Shown here in pieces: positions 1-11,340 of a stretch of DNA of 64,000 bases. Under the pieces are notes generated by a model, which was not told the origin of the DNA, did no database searches, and saw nothing but the letters and a program-made list of their open reading frames with translations. Position 1 is the stretch's first letter. Every line of letters begins with the position of its first letter. The position numbers were made by a program, and so were the translations under genes. Source of the DNA: an uncultured Planctomycetota bacterium (GTDB lineage Bacteria > Planctomycetota > Planctomycetia > Pirellulales > Lacipirellulaceae); NCBI GenBank assembly GCA_963719315.1, contig CAVRBU010000006.1, positions 32,001 to 96,000 on the forward strand, given 5' to 3'.

Positions 1-753
1 CTCTCCAGTACAACGTCGCGGAAGCGCATCTGAAATTCATCGGCCATGTCTTGCAAGAGCTTCCGTTTTTCGTCGCTGAGTCGCTTGATCGGCGAGCCAA
101 GATCGATGTTCGGTCCGGCTTTGATCGGCACCCCAAGGATGTTGAATTGCGCCAATAAGTCTTCCAGGTTATAGACGTTCAGAATACAGCCGATGCCGCC
201 GGTCACCGTAGTCGGGTGCGCGACGATCATATCGGCGGCAGTCGCCAGATAGTATCCGCCGCCGGCCGCCACATCCATCAGGCAGGCGATCACTGGAACG
301 CACGTACGTTTCTTGAAGGCCGTCAGATCGCGCCACATGATGTCAGTGGCCGTCACGCTGCCGCCCGGCGTATTGATTCGAACAACGACCGCGCAAATAT
401 GCGGGTCACACTCGATCGCATCCAGCCGCTCGCGAAAGGCGGAGACCGGGTTCTCGCCCCACGAGCCGAGGCCGGTTGCAGCGTTGTTGAGCAGCAGTCC
501 GTCAACGTCGATGATCGCTACAGTGGCGGCATGTGGATCGTAGCGACGATGCGGAAGTACGCTCGCCACCACCGGTTGCAGACGCGGCGTCGGCGATAAT
601 TCCGTCTTGATATCGCCGTTGAGGTGACCGGTAATGTCACCAGTGGCATCGACTTGTGCTCGCGTGTCGACGCGGAGTGGCTGCGCAGCTTACGCAGCTC
701 GCCAAGATTAGGTATAGGCAACAATGCTGAAATAAGGAGCACTTGCATTTCAT
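1..753 (-). CDS. sppA: S49 family signal peptide peptidase (SppA-like); runs off window start; apparent frameshift near 685
   Basis: Manual minus-strand translation gives VAIIDVDGLL..VVVRINTPGG..VIACLMDVAAGGGYYLATAADMIVAHPTTVTGGIG. The lipoprotein-like leader MKCK..LASCVSC from ATG 753 is in a different frame. Confidence 0.8.
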
Positions 754-1180
754 GCCCACTGAGAAACGATGGTCCCGCCGCCGGCGACTATGTGCCGTGC
801 TCGCTTGTGGTGGAAGTCGTTGAGAATTAGGGCGGGCCATACAAACAAGCACCACCTGGTCGACGGCACAAAGCGGAAGGATGCGTTCGACTGCTAGCGA
901 GGATATCGGCGGACCGGATTATTTCAATCTCTGCTGGAATGTCGAGATCAATCGTGTATGGCAACGCAATTAAGTCGATCTGGCCGTCCCTGCTCACATA
1001 AAGCGGGAGAGTTATACCGCAAGAGGCAGGTTTGGTAACCGTGATAAGCAGCTAATAGAGAGAATTTGCCTACTTTTTAAGCGCGATGATAGCACTCTCT
1101 GCGCCGGGAAATATGGCCTCCGGCATGCTGGGCATGAGTTGCCACTAAATCAGCATCGAACGTAATGCCTCGCGGTGAAT

Positions 1181-2116
1181 TTAACGCGAGCCTTGCCGCG
1201 ACTTTGCCAGCGTCGCGTCAGACCCGACATTCGTGTCCAGCCAATGCCGCCCGATAGCCGTTTTTAGGAATCGCACACTTTCGCGTAGGTCATCGAACCC
1301 ATCCACGCCATCCTCGATGCTGATCCAGCCATCAAAGCCGGCGGAGCGAAGCGTACCGAATATTGCTTCGTAGTCATTCAAACCACGCCCGATAACGCCG
1401 TGCCGCAATCGCGCCGCATAGCCGCGGTGATCTTCTTCGCGACGCAAGTCTTCCAACGTGCCTTCGATCAAATACCGGTCGCTCGCATGCATCGTCACTA
1501 CGCGATGCTTAACTCGATCGAGAAGCTCGAGCGGATCTTCGCCCGCCAGATACGCGTTGCTCGGATCGTAATTCACTCCGAATTGCGGCAAATTGATTCG
1601 TGACACAAGATCGCAAAACATTTCCGTTGATTGTGCGAACTCCGGATGCTGCCAGTAGTTGTCCTTGTAGTGATTCTCGAGCACGAGCGTGACACCGCGA
1701 TCGGCCGCATGCTCGAGACACGCCGTGATGCACTCCTCGGCGTAGGCTAAGCCGGCTTCGCGTGAAAGCTCAGGGCGCCGCTGCCCGCTCAGCACGCGGC
1801 AATAGTTGCCGCCGAGTTCGGCCGTCATATCGATCCAGTGTTTTTCTCGATCGATTTGCTCGCGGCGAAAGGCCGGATCAGGATGCGTGAAATCCGGTGA
1901 ACAACACAGCATGGGAATCGTCAGCCCATGATCCGCGGCAATTTTGCGCGACGACTTCCAAACTTGCCGATCGGCGAGTTCCAAAAAGCCGGTATAGAAC
2001 TCGAGTCCATCGATTCCGAGCGTGGCGGCCAGTTCAATCCACTGGCGGACGGTCATCGAACCATCAACGCACAGTTGATCCATATATGCTTTGGGGAACA
2101 CGGCCAGTTTCGGCAT
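1181..2116 (-). CDS. Sugar phosphate isomerase/epimerase (xylose isomerase-like TIM barrel)
   Basis: LENH, VNYDPSN, TMHASD and WISIEDG motifs. Confidence 0.85.
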   Translation of the reverse strand: MPKLAVFPKAYMDQLCVDGSMTVRQWIELAATLGIDGLEFYTGFLELADRQVWKSSRKIAADHGLTIPMLCCSPDFTHPDPAFRREQIDREKHWIDMTAELGGNYCRVLSGQRRPELSREAGLAYAEECITACLEHAADRGVTLVLENHYKDNYWQHPEFAQSTEMFCDLVSRINLPQFGVNYDPSNAYLAGEDPLELLDRVKHRVVTMHASDRYLIEGTLEDLRREEDHRGYAARLRHGVIGRGLNDYEAIFGTLRSAGFDGWISIEDGVDGFDDLRESVRFLKTAIGRHWLDTNVGSDATLAKSRQGSR

Positions 2117-2892
2117 TACTCACCTCGCTTCGTGGGATTGCGACCGACGAACGGATACTGCTCCAAGTCGACGACGCTGCCGCTAATCGGCCGGCTTTCG
2201 TCGGACAGCCAGTACACGGCGGCCGCGGCGATTTCTTCCGGCTTCAGCAGCCGGCCCGATGGCGCGAATTGAGCGGGAACATTCTCCGGCCAATTTGCCG
2301 GCAGACCATCCTTGAGCTTGTATTGGTACTCGTTGGGCGTCAGCACCCACCCGACGTTGAAGTGATTCACGCGTACTCCGTCGTAACACAGGGCATCGGC
2401 CAGGTTTCGGGACAGCGTCAGGAGTGCGCCTTTCGAGACGCTGTAGGCCAACAAATTGTTTTCGCCCGTGTAGGCATTCATCGATCCGATGTTGAGCACG
2501 CAACCGCGAGACTTCAGCAAATGTGGCAACGCAGCCTGAATGAGAAGCAATGGCGCCCGCACGTTGGTACTGATGACTTTATCGAACAATTCAACGTCAG
2601 TTGTATGAATATCGCTGCGCACAACCCAAGCGGCGTTGTTGACGATCGCATCCAGCCTGCTGAATGTGGCCAGCGACTTGACGATCAATTGCTGCGGAAT
2701 TTCAGGATTTGCTAAGTCGCCCTGTACAAAGGTGGCGCGGGGTTGCAATTCGGCGGCAATCGCTTGGCCCCGTTCGATATCGCGGCCATGCAGCACGACG
2801 CTCGCCCCCTCCTGCCATGCACGGCGCACGATCGCTTCACCGATGCCGGTCGTGCTGCCCGTTACGAGGATGACCTTTTCGTGGAGTCGCAT
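2116..2892 (-). CDS. SDR family oxidoreductase
   Basis: TGSTTGIG, NNAA and YSVSK motifs; start placed at MRLHEKV. Confidence 0.9.
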   Translation of the reverse strand: MRLHEKVILVTGSTTGIGEAIVRRAWQEGASVVLHGRDIERGQAIAAELQPRATFVQGDLANPEIPQQLIVKSLATFSRLDAIVNNAAWVVRSDIHTTDVELFDKVISTNVRAPLLLIQAALPHLLKSRGCVLNIGSMNAYTGENNLLAYSVSKGALLTLSRNLADALCYDGVRVNHFNVGWVLTPNEYQYKLKDGLPANWPENVPAQFAPSGRLLKPEEIAAAAVYWLSDESRPISGSVVDLEQYPFVGRNPTKRGE

Positions 2893-3117
2893 GATTGAGA
2901 AACCGCAGTATGGGTGGCCGGATGCACTGTTTTCCATTCATAGCAGCTTGATTTGCCTGACGAGCATGGGCAAGTAGTCGGTGCAATTATGGGCTAAATC
3001 TACCGATCCGTGCATGCCGAAATTTTGCCGTGGAATGCCATTTTCTGAGACGAATCTGGTAGAATAATCGGTATCTGCCAGACCCCCGCCTAGAGACAGT
3101 AGCCAGACTGCCCCGCC

Positions 3118-4863
3118 ATGCTGATGGGAAGCATTCAATTTGTGCGCCGCATATTCTGCGGTGGAGTGATTGTGCTGGCGTTTTGCAGGCCGAGTCGGGG
3201 AGGGGTCGATTTCGAGAAGGAAATCAAGCCGATCGTCGAGTCCGCTTGCCTCAGTTGTCACAATGAGGCCAAGGCGGAAGGCGGCTTGCGCCTCGATTCG
3301 CTCCCGGGTGCAACGGCAAGTAACGAGCACGATCCGGCAATCGTTCCCGGCGATCCCGCCAAGAGTCCGTTTTATACGCGCGTCGTATTAGATGCTGGCG
3401 ACGAGCAGATCATGCCGCCCAAGAGCGCACCGTTAGACGAATCGCAGACTAGTCGGCTGCGAACGTGGATCAAGGAGGGTGCGAAGTGGCCGAAGGAAAT
3501 CAAGCTTGAAGTGCGAAGACGAATCGATTTTGTCGACCAAGTTGAGCCAATTCTGGAAATGAATTGCGTTGCGTGCCACTCGAACAAGAATGCAGAAGGC
3601 GACTTCAACCTTTCAACTCGCCAAACGGCGTTCGAGAGTGGTAGCGCCCCGCCCGCCATCGTGCCGTTCGATCCCGAGGAAAGCGCGCTCTACAAGCTGG
3701 TGAGCGTAACGAAGGATGATCCAACGCTGATGCCGCCGGTCAAGGAAGGCGGGCCACTCACCAGAGAAGAGACCGACACATTGCGACTTTGGATCGCACA
3801 GGGCGCCATTTGGCCAAAAGAAACGGCGCTTCAGACACGACCGAAAAAACCAGCCGGCAATCTTAATCCCGATGATCTAGCCCTGGTACATAGAATTCAC
3901 GACTTGATCGTCGCCCGCACAAACAGCGAAAGCGAGGCCGGTTTCGCCAACTATACTGCCAAGATTCCTCAAACCGGCATTCCGTATCGCATGGTAGCGA
4001 TCAAGGGTGGCGAGTTTTCGATGGGAAGCCCCGAGTCGGAAAAGGGACGCGAGCCGAGCGAGGGGCCGCAGGCGGAGGTCCAGGTATCGTCGTTCTGGCT
4101 CGGCAAGTGCGAGGTATCTTGGGACGAATTCGAGCCGTTCATGATCACGCGATTCGAACGATTCAAGAACGGCGCACGTAAGGATTATGATCCGGCGACT
4201 CACATGATCGTCGACGCGGTGAGCGGCCCCACGACCCCCTATGCGGACATGACCTTTGGTATGGGAAAGTTGGGGTTCCCCGCGATCTGCATGACTCAGC
4301 ACGCTGCCAACAAATACTGCGAATGGCTCAGTGCGCAAACGGGTCATTTCTATCGACTTCCGACTGAGGCCGAGTGGGAGTACGCCTGTCGGGCGGGAAC
4401 GAAGACCGCCTACTCGTTCGGAGACGACCCGAAGGACCTTGATCAATACGCCTGGTATAGTGCTAATAGCGAAGAGAAATCCCACGAAGTGGGCAAGAAG
4501 AAACCGAACCCGTGGGGTCTTTACGACATGCACGGCAACGTGATGGAATGGACGGCAGACCAGTTCAACCCGAACTTTTTCGAGTTGCTTCATGGGCACG
4601 CCGTGAACCCCTTTGGGCGGCCCGAGGCGCTCTACCCCCGCAGCGTGCGGGGCGGGAGTTGGAACGACGATGCCGAAGCCCTTCGTTCCGCCCGCCGTTT
4701 GGGCTCCGACGCAAGTTGGCAACAGCAGGATCCGCAGCTACCCAAGAGCATCTGGTATCTTACCGATGCGCCTTGGCTCGGTTTTCGTATCGCTCGCCCG
4801 GTGGAAGTGCCATCGGTCGAGGAAATGTATTTCTATTGGAATAGCTCCACAGGCAAGTTCTAA
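3118..4863 (+). CDS. Two planctomycete cytochrome c domains fused to a formylglycine-generating enzyme (SUMF1/EgtB/PvdO) domain
   Basis: CLSCH and CVACH heme motifs; RLPTEAEWEYACRAG, NPWGLYDMHGNV, RGGSW, GFR. Confidence 0.9.
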   Translation: MLMGSIQFVRRIFCGGVIVLAFCRPSRGGVDFEKEIKPIVESACLSCHNEAKAEGGLRLDSLPGATASNEHDPAIVPGDPAKSPFYTRVVLDAGDEQIMPPKSAPLDESQTSRLRTWIKEGAKWPKEIKLEVRRRIDFVDQVEPILEMNCVACHSNKNAEGDFNLSTRQTAFESGSAPPAIVPFDPEESALYKLVSVTKDDPTLMPPVKEGGPLTREETDTLRLWIAQGAIWPKETALQTRPKKPAGNLNPDDLALVHRIHDLIVARTNSESEAGFANYTAKIPQTGIPYRMVAIKGGEFSMGSPESEKGREPSEGPQAEVQVSSFWLGKCEVSWDEFEPFMITRFERFKNGARKDYDPATHMIVDAVSGPTTPYADMTFGMGKLGFPAICMTQHAANKYCEWLSAQTGHFYRLPTEAEWEYACRAGTKTAYSFGDDPKDLDQYAWYSANSEEKSHEVGKKKPNPWGLYDMHGNVMEWTADQFNPNFFELLHGHAVNPFGRPEALYPRSVRGGSWNDDAEALRSARRLGSDASWQQQDPQLPKSIWYLTDAPWLGFRIARPVEVPSVEEMYFYWNSSTGKF

Positions 4864-4916
4864 CGACTTCCGGTGAAGCCGCCCTGGGAGCTCGAACAAA
4901 ACAAAAAGGTTAACTC

Positions 4917-6308
4917 ATGAGCGAAAAACATCACCAATCAGACCGTCGAGAGTTCATCAAGATGGCCGGCGCGGCAACGGCGCTGACGGCGCTCAATGTG
5001 CCGCGCGTTTTCGGCCAGGCGGGCGCGAATCATTCGCTGCAACTAGCCCTGGTTGGCTGTGGAGGACGTGGCACTGGGGCGGTGGTCGATGCAATGGATG
5101 CGGCCAGATCGAGCTACCCCATCAAATTGGTCGCGATGGCCGACTTGTTCCAGCACCGCCTCGACGAAAGCTTTAATGCGCTCGGTCAGCGATTTCAGGC
5201 GACGCCCGAACTCGTGGCGGTCCCGGAAGATAAACGCTTCGTAGGATTCGACGCCTACAAGAAAGCGATGGACGTGCTGCGTCCAGGCGATATCGTGATC
5301 TTCGCCACGCCGCTGGCGTTTCGCTGGGTTCACTTTCAGTACGCAATCGACCGCAGTCTGAACGTGTTCATGGAGAAGCCGCTGGTGGCCGATGGACCAA
5401 CCGCCAAAAAGATGTTGGACTTGGCGAAGAAAGCGGACGAGAAGAATCTGAAGTGTGCCGTCGGTCTCATGATTCGTCACTGCCGCGCTCGCCAAGAGCT
5501 GCACAAGCACATTAGCGACGGCGAAATCGGCGACTTGATCGCGATGCGAGCCTATCGCATGCACGGTCCCGTGGCGACTTGCTTCTCCAAGAAAAAACCG
5601 AAGGACCGCGACGAACTGCCCTGGCAAATCGAGCGATTTCACAGCTTCTTGTGGGCCAGCGGCGGGTTGTTCAACGACTTCTACGTGCATCAAATCGACG
5701 AAGTCTGCTGGATGAAAAACGCCTGGCCCATCAAGGCCCAGGCATTGGGCGGTCGCCATTACCGCGAAGACTATGTCGATCAGAATTTCGACAATTATGC
5801 CGTCGAGTATACCTTTGACGACGGCTCGAAGTTCTTCTTCGACGGGCGGACGATGATTGGCGCTCGAAACGACATGTCTAGCATCGTGCATGGCACCAAA
5901 GGGTCGGGCATCGTGAGCACATCGGGCCATCATCCCGGTAAGTGCCGAACATTCAATACTCAAAAGCAAGATCGAGAGTCGACTGCCTGGACATGCCATC
6001 AACCCGAGCAGAATCCGTACGTGCTCGAATGGCAGGACCTGATCGAAGCCATCACGAAAGATAAGCCTTACAACGAAGTGCCGCGCGGCGTCGAGGCTTG
6101 CCTGGTATCGAACATGGGACGCATGGCGGCTCACACGGGGCAGGAGATCACGTTCGATCAAATCGTAAGCTGCCCTCACGAAATGTCGCCTGGCACGGCC
6201 GACTTTACGATCAAGGGACCGGCGCCAGTGATGCCCGACGCCCACGGCAAGTATCCTGTTCCGCAGCCCGGCATCGTGATTGATCGCGAATACGCCACGA
6301 AGGTTTAA
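4917..6308 (+). CDS. Gfo/Idh/MocA oxidoreductase with Tat signal
   Basis: DRREFIK twin-arginine motif; LVGCGGRG; MEKP. Confidence 0.9.
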   Translation: MSEKHHQSDRREFIKMAGAATALTALNVPRVFGQAGANHSLQLALVGCGGRGTGAVVDAMDAARSSYPIKLVAMADLFQHRLDESFNALGQRFQATPELVAVPEDKRFVGFDAYKKAMDVLRPGDIVIFATPLAFRWVHFQYAIDRSLNVFMEKPLVADGPTAKKMLDLAKKADEKNLKCAVGLMIRHCRARQELHKHISDGEIGDLIAMRAYRMHGPVATCFSKKKPKDRDELPWQIERFHSFLWASGGLFNDFYVHQIDEVCWMKNAWPIKAQALGGRHYREDYVDQNFDNYAVEYTFDDGSKFFFDGRTMIGARNDMSSIVHGTKGSGIVSTSGHHPGKCRTFNTQKQDRESTAWTCHQPEQNPYVLEWQDLIEAITKDKPYNEVPRGVEACLVSNMGRMAAHTGQEITFDQIVSCPHEMSPGTADFTIKGPAPVMPDAHGKYPVPQPGIVIDREYATKV

Positions 6309-6324
6309 GTCCGCGCAGACGTGA

Positions 6325-7002
6325 TCAAAGCGGAGTTTGATAGCGGTTTGTGTCGAGAGTTGGTGCGCCGCGCCTTACTGCGCCGAATCTGGCGGGGCTG
6401 CGAATCCCGCGCGCTAGGGCGGAAAGATAGTCGTCCTCATAGTTGAGGTTCTCAAGTGTTGCGAGCTGGGGATCGACGGCCCGCAAGTCGTCGACGGGAA
6501 TTTCTCGCGTTCGCACTTCGTCGAACAAAAAACGCGGTCGCATGCGTTGCTCGACAAGAAGCTTTTCGACGTGCGGGAGTGTCGCGGGGCGATAGACGGC
6601 GGCCAGCGGATGATGGAATTGGCCGTCGAAGGGAACGGCGATGTCGAAGTCGGCGAGCAATTCGAACATCCGATCAACAAACGCCGGAACAAGCAACGGA
6701 ACGTCGCATGCGGTAGCGTAGACGGCGTCAGCATTGCCGGCGAGAGCGCGTAGGCCTGTCGCCAATCCTTCCAGCGGCCCGCGATATGCGTGTTGATCGC
6801 GAGTAACTAGGACGCCGGGAGGAAGCTCGGGCAACCGCTGAATCGCTGCGGCGACGACTACCACGTTCTTGAGATCGACCGCCTCACCGATCAATCGCAC
6901 GACGCGTTGCAGCATTCGCTCAGGCCCGAACGGCAACATCGCCTTATCGCGGCCCATCCGGCTCGATTTACCGCCGCAGAGAATCATGGCCGCTGTTCGC
7001 AC
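6325..7002 (-). CDS. mobA: Molybdenum cofactor guanylyltransferase (C-terminus probably frameshifted; likely true stop near 6375)
   Basis: LCGGKSSRMGRDKA, GPLEG, ACDVP, HPLAAVY, NLN. Confidence 0.85.
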   Translation of the reverse strand: MRTAAMILCGGKSSRMGRDKAMLPFGPERMLQRVVRLIGEAVDLKNVVVVAAAIQRLPELPPGVLVTRDQHAYRGPLEGLATGLRALAGNADAVYATACDVPLLVPAFVDRMFELLADFDIAVPFDGQFHHPLAAVYRPATLPHVEKLLVEQRMRPRFLFDEVRTREIPVDDLRAVDPQLATLENLNYEDDYLSALARGIRSPARFGAVRRGAPTLDTNRYQTPL

Positions 7003-7294
7003 AGTAGTTCATTCCCTACCGGCATGGTCAAGGAGAAGGCTCACGGAGAGGCGCAGATTTCGCCGAGAGCGATGCTCTAGGACGAAATCCTCCGCGCCCT
7101 CTGCGCCTCTGCGTGAGACTCTTACATTTTAACGACACGGCACGAATGCATAACTTGGTTCCGGCCAGCCGCCGGGCCAAGATTTTGGTATTCTCTGTGG
7201 CTTGAATATTCTTGATAGAAGTTACTGACACAGCTCGTCATATCTCGCAATTCACTTGCCATTGAGAGAATACTAATCCTATGATCGTAGACCT

Positions 7295-8122
7295 ATGCCG
7301 ATCAAGCTGACCTATCTCGGCGAAACTTCAGTACCTGTGGAAGTCGAAGGGCTGACTCCCGACTGGACGTGTGACAAATCGCTGGCCGAGATCGAGCGAT
7401 TCGATATTTTTCACGGCAATCGCAAGGTTCGACTGGCGGAAATGTTCGCCGTTGCCGGAGGCGTTGGAGACAAGCGGATTGACTTCGAAGGGAATCTAGC
7501 GGGCGTGCATTGGATCGGCGCCCACATGCGGAGCGGCCAGATTTACGTCCGCGGAACCGCGGGGCGGCATGTGGGCAGTGAGTTGCGGGGCGGTGAGATT
7601 CGCGTCGAGGGCGACGCCGGCGGTTGGGTCGGCTGCGAAATGCGTGGCGGGCTAATACACGTGCTGGGCGACGCGGGGCACATGGTCGGGGCCGCGTTAC
7701 GAGGCTCGGCAAAGGGGATGACGGGCGGAACGATTCTCATCGACGGAAACGCCGGCAATGAGATCGGATTTTCGATGCAGCAGGGACTGATTGCGATCGG
7801 CGGCGAAGCGGGCGACATGCTCGGCTACAACATGACGGATGGAACAATGCTCGTGATGGGTAACTGCGGCAACCGCCCCGGCGCCGGCATGCGCGGCGGT
7901 ACGATCGGTCTATTCGGCCAGACGACGCCCGCCATCCTGCCAAGCTTTCAATTCAATCGCACGTCGCAACCCGACAAGTTCCGTCTCGTGGTGCTCGACT
8001 TGCGCAGCAAAGGATCGCAAATGGATGATTCGCGACTGCCGGCTGAAGTCGATGTCTATCTCGGCGACCTCGTGGAGTCAGGCACCGGCGAAATCCACGT
8101 GCGACACGTCGGGGCTACCTAG
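7295..8122 (+). CDS. fhcC: Formyltransferase/hydrolase complex subunit C (FwdC/FhcC)
   Basis: Gly-rich GxxMxGG beta-helix repeats; neighbours fhcA and fhcB. Confidence 0.85.
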   Translation: MPIKLTYLGETSVPVEVEGLTPDWTCDKSLAEIERFDIFHGNRKVRLAEMFAVAGGVGDKRIDFEGNLAGVHWIGAHMRSGQIYVRGTAGRHVGSELRGGEIRVEGDAGGWVGCEMRGGLIHVLGDAGHMVGAALRGSAKGMTGGTILIDGNAGNEIGFSMQQGLIAIGGEAGDMLGYNMTDGTMLVMGNCGNRPGAGMRGGTIGLFGQTTPAILPSFQFNRTSQPDKFRLVVLDLRSKGSQMDDSRLPAEVDVYLGDLVESGTGEIHVRHVGAT

Positions 8123-8125
8123 AAG

Positions 8126-9407
8126 TCATTCCAAGCGACTTGAAATAGCGGTGAGCGCTTCATCGTCCGTCAGGTAGGTTGACGAAATGAGCCGACGGAG
8201 AGGGATTGGCACATCATCCATGCGATATGCAGTGCCGGGCGCGTGTATGCCGTAAATTGCTGTGGTGATTTGGACCGTCGATTCAAACGGAGGCCGTGCG
8301 TTCGGATAGTCCAGGGCGATCGTAGGCATTTGCTCGATGGCGCAACGCGCACCGGGCGACAACGCGCGGCAAGCTTCGCTGCCGACGAGGAGACAGGTGT
8401 CTACCTCACCGCGCTCGAGCAAATCGTTCACGGAGTATTCGCCTGGATTGTAGCGGGGATAGCCGCGCCATGTTCACGGCAAACGGGAATCCGGTCAGCC
8501 AAGTGAGAACCACATCCGCGCCCGGAAGGTCGGCCCCATTTCCGAGCCCACGAGCGGTGAAGCGCGTCGAGACGTTGAGGTCCGCCACAAGTCGCAACAG
8601 CGCTTCGATCGTTGTGTGGCCAATGTTGCTGTGCGCCAAGCCTGAACCGTAGAGCACGGCGCCGTATCGACAACTCGACATCTGGCTGGCAAGTTGCTGA
8701 AGTTGCCGATGAGCAACGCCCACATCACAAGATGCCTGGAGTTCGATCCCGCGCAGCAACTGCCGAAGTGCCCAGATCACTTCGAAATTCGCACCGCGCG
8801 GGACTTTGATGAATGTGTCGGCGAGCCGGCTGGTTGCGGTGACTTCCGTGTCGATCACGATGAGTTGCCGATCCGCGCGACCGCGCGGAATAAAAAGCCC
8901 TTTGGTATCGACGCTATAGCGCTCGAAATGCCGCGGATGGCTCACGACGGGGTCGGCGCCCCAGAAGATGACTAGGTCCGCCCGATTGCGAATTTCGCCG
9001 AGCGAGCAGGTTGATTGGCCCGCTTGCTGAAGCGCCATGATCGACTCGCCATGACCGATCGAGGCAGCCGAATCGATTGTGGCACCGATCAGTTCGGCCA
9101 GCAGTACGGCGGCCCGTTGCCCGGCAGTGCTGCTCCGCGAGAGTCCCCAGATGAGCGGCGCTCGGCTATTCCGTAGAATCTCGGCGGCTCGCTCAACTGC
9201 TTGCGCCAGCGGAACCGCCTTGCCAACGATAACGGCCGGTGGACGCGCGGGAGGTTCAGTCAGCGATGCAAACCATGGCTCAGCAAGAGAGCACGCTCCT
9301 TCCACGTGCGAAATGCGGTCGCTGGAAACGGTCACTCGCAGATCGTCACAAACGCAACCACAGACGGTGCAGGCCACGTCGGAGTAAATCTGTGGTGTCG
9401 ATGACAT
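8126..9407 (-). CDS. fhcB: Formyltransferase/hydrolase complex subunit B (FwdB/FhcB), frameshift near 8466
   Basis: CTVCGCVCDD, CSLGEIRNRADLVIFWG, HPRH; GTAYRMDDVPIPLR lies in the second frame (ORF 8126-8431). Confidence 0.85.
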
Positions 9408-9634
9408 CAAGGTCGATGGCTCGATGGGTGCAGTGCCACGGCTCGCAAATTGCCGGCGCTCAGCGGTACGACTATCATCGTATATCCAGCGGCTTGGCTC
9501 CAGGGCCGCACGAAACGAGAGAAATGACCAATGTCGACTGTTGCAATCTGCTGATTGGTCATTGATGCTTCCGTTCTCCTTGCCTGTCGTGCCGCCGTGA
9601 TTCAAATAAACCGACTTTTTCGCCTCAACTTTGC

Positions 9635-11299
9635 ATGTCGGATCTGATCAAAATCTCCCAGGGCACGGTCTACGATCCGGCCAACGGCATTGACGGCGAG
9701 ATCCGCGATCTGTGGATCGCGGGAGGGCTAATAGTTGCGGCCCCCGCCGAGCCGGCGACGCGCCCCACGCGCGAGATCGACGCTCGGGGATTGGTCGTAA
9801 TGCCGGGGGGCGTGGATATGCATTGCCATATCGCCGGGCCCAAAGTTAATGCCGCCCGCAAAATGCGGCCCGAGGAGCGGCGTAATTCGCAAGTGCTGCA
9901 TCGCACTTCAAACACACGTAGCGGCACACTAGGCAGCGTCCCCAGCACGTTTGCCACGGGTTACAAGTACGCCGGAATGGGCTATACAACCGCCTTCGAC
10001 GCGGCCATTCCGCCGCTCGGCGCGCGACACGCCCACGAGGAATTTGCGGACACGCTCTGCATCGACAAAGGGTTTTATGTCCTGATGGGCAATAACCATT
10101 ATGTGATGCGCTCGATTCAGGAGAAGGAACCGCAGAAACTTCAGGCGTTTGTGGCGTGGCTATTGGGTGCTACGAAGGCGTATGCGCCGAAGCTCGTAAA
10201 TCCGGGCGGCGTGGAGGTTTGGAAGAGCCAACGGGGAGGCAACGTCCACGGCCTGGACGAAACGGTGGATCTCTTCGACGTCACGCCGCGGCAAATCATC
10301 AGCGGCGTGGCCCAAGCTGCTGGTGAGCTGCGCTTGCCGCATCCCGTGCATATCCACTGCAACAATCTGGGCATGCCGGGCAACTGGACGACCACGCTGG
10401 AAACGATGAAAGCTTTGGAAGGCCGTCGCGCGCATCTGACACACATTCAATTCCACAGCTATGGCGGCGGCGCCGGTGATGAGAACACGTTCAACAGCAA
10501 GTCCGTTCCGTTGGCCGAGTATGTCAACGCACACAAGAATGTCACGATCAACGTCGGCCAGGTGATGTTCGGCGAGACCACGAGCATGACCGGCGACAGT
10601 CCCGTCGGCCATTACCTGGCGAGCATCTTCAAAGGCAAGTGGTTCAGCAGCGATACGGAAATGGAAGCCGGCTGTGGCGTCACGCCCATCAAGTATCGCA
10701 ACAAATCGCTCGTCCACGCGCTGCAATGGGCGATAGGGTTGGAGTGGTATCTACTGGTTGAGGATCCGTGGCGCGTCGCCATGAGCACCGATCATCCGAA
10801 TGGCGGTTCGTTTCTGGCCTACCCACAAATCATTCGGCTGTTGATGGACCGCACCTACCGCCAGGACGTGCTCAAGAAGTGTCCCCCCAAGATTGCCGAA
10901 CGCTCGACGTTGGCCGATCTCGATCGTGAATACACGCTAAATGAGATCGCTATCATTACGCGGGCCGGCCCGGCCAGGATTCTGGGTCTCAAGAACAAAG
11001 GCCATTTGGGGCCTGGCGCCGATGCCGATATCACGATCTACACGCCGCACGAGAACAAAGAGACGATGTTCGAGCTGCCGCGGACCGTTATCAAGTCGGG
11101 CCGAATGCTGATCGATAACGGCGAATTACGCGACCCGTTCGTCGGCAAGACTCTGCACGTGGCGCCAGATTACGATTGCGATGTTGAAACCGACATTAGG
11201 GAGTGGTTCGAACAGTATTATTCGATCCAATGGCGCAATTATCCGGTTGAAGACTGCTACCTGCACGACGCGGAAGTCGTCCCCGCCAACCGTGCATGA
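9635..11299 (+). CDS. fhcA: Formyltransferase/hydrolase complex subunit A (amidohydrolase)
   Basis: PGGVDMHCHIAG, KLVNPGG, HIHCNNLG, STDHPNGG. Confidence 0.92.
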   Translation: MSDLIKISQGTVYDPANGIDGEIRDLWIAGGLIVAAPAEPATRPTREIDARGLVVMPGGVDMHCHIAGPKVNAARKMRPEERRNSQVLHRTSNTRSGTLGSVPSTFATGYKYAGMGYTTAFDAAIPPLGARHAHEEFADTLCIDKGFYVLMGNNHYVMRSIQEKEPQKLQAFVAWLLGATKAYAPKLVNPGGVEVWKSQRGGNVHGLDETVDLFDVTPRQIISGVAQAAGELRLPHPVHIHCNNLGMPGNWTTTLETMKALEGRRAHLTHIQFHSYGGGAGDENTFNSKSVPLAEYVNAHKNVTINVGQVMFGETTSMTGDSPVGHYLASIFKGKWFSSDTEMEAGCGVTPIKYRNKSLVHALQWAIGLEWYLLVEDPWRVAMSTDHPNGGSFLAYPQIIRLLMDRTYRQDVLKKCPPKIAERSTLADLDREYTLNEIAIITRAGPARILGLKNKGHLGPGADADITIYTPHENKETMFELPRTVIKSGRMLIDNGELRDPFVGKTLHVAPDYDCDVETDIREWFEQYYSIQWRNYPVEDCYLHDAEVVPANRA

Positions 11300-11340
11300 C
11301 CAACTCTTAGCTCGTAGTCGTCGCGACTTAGTTACAATAG

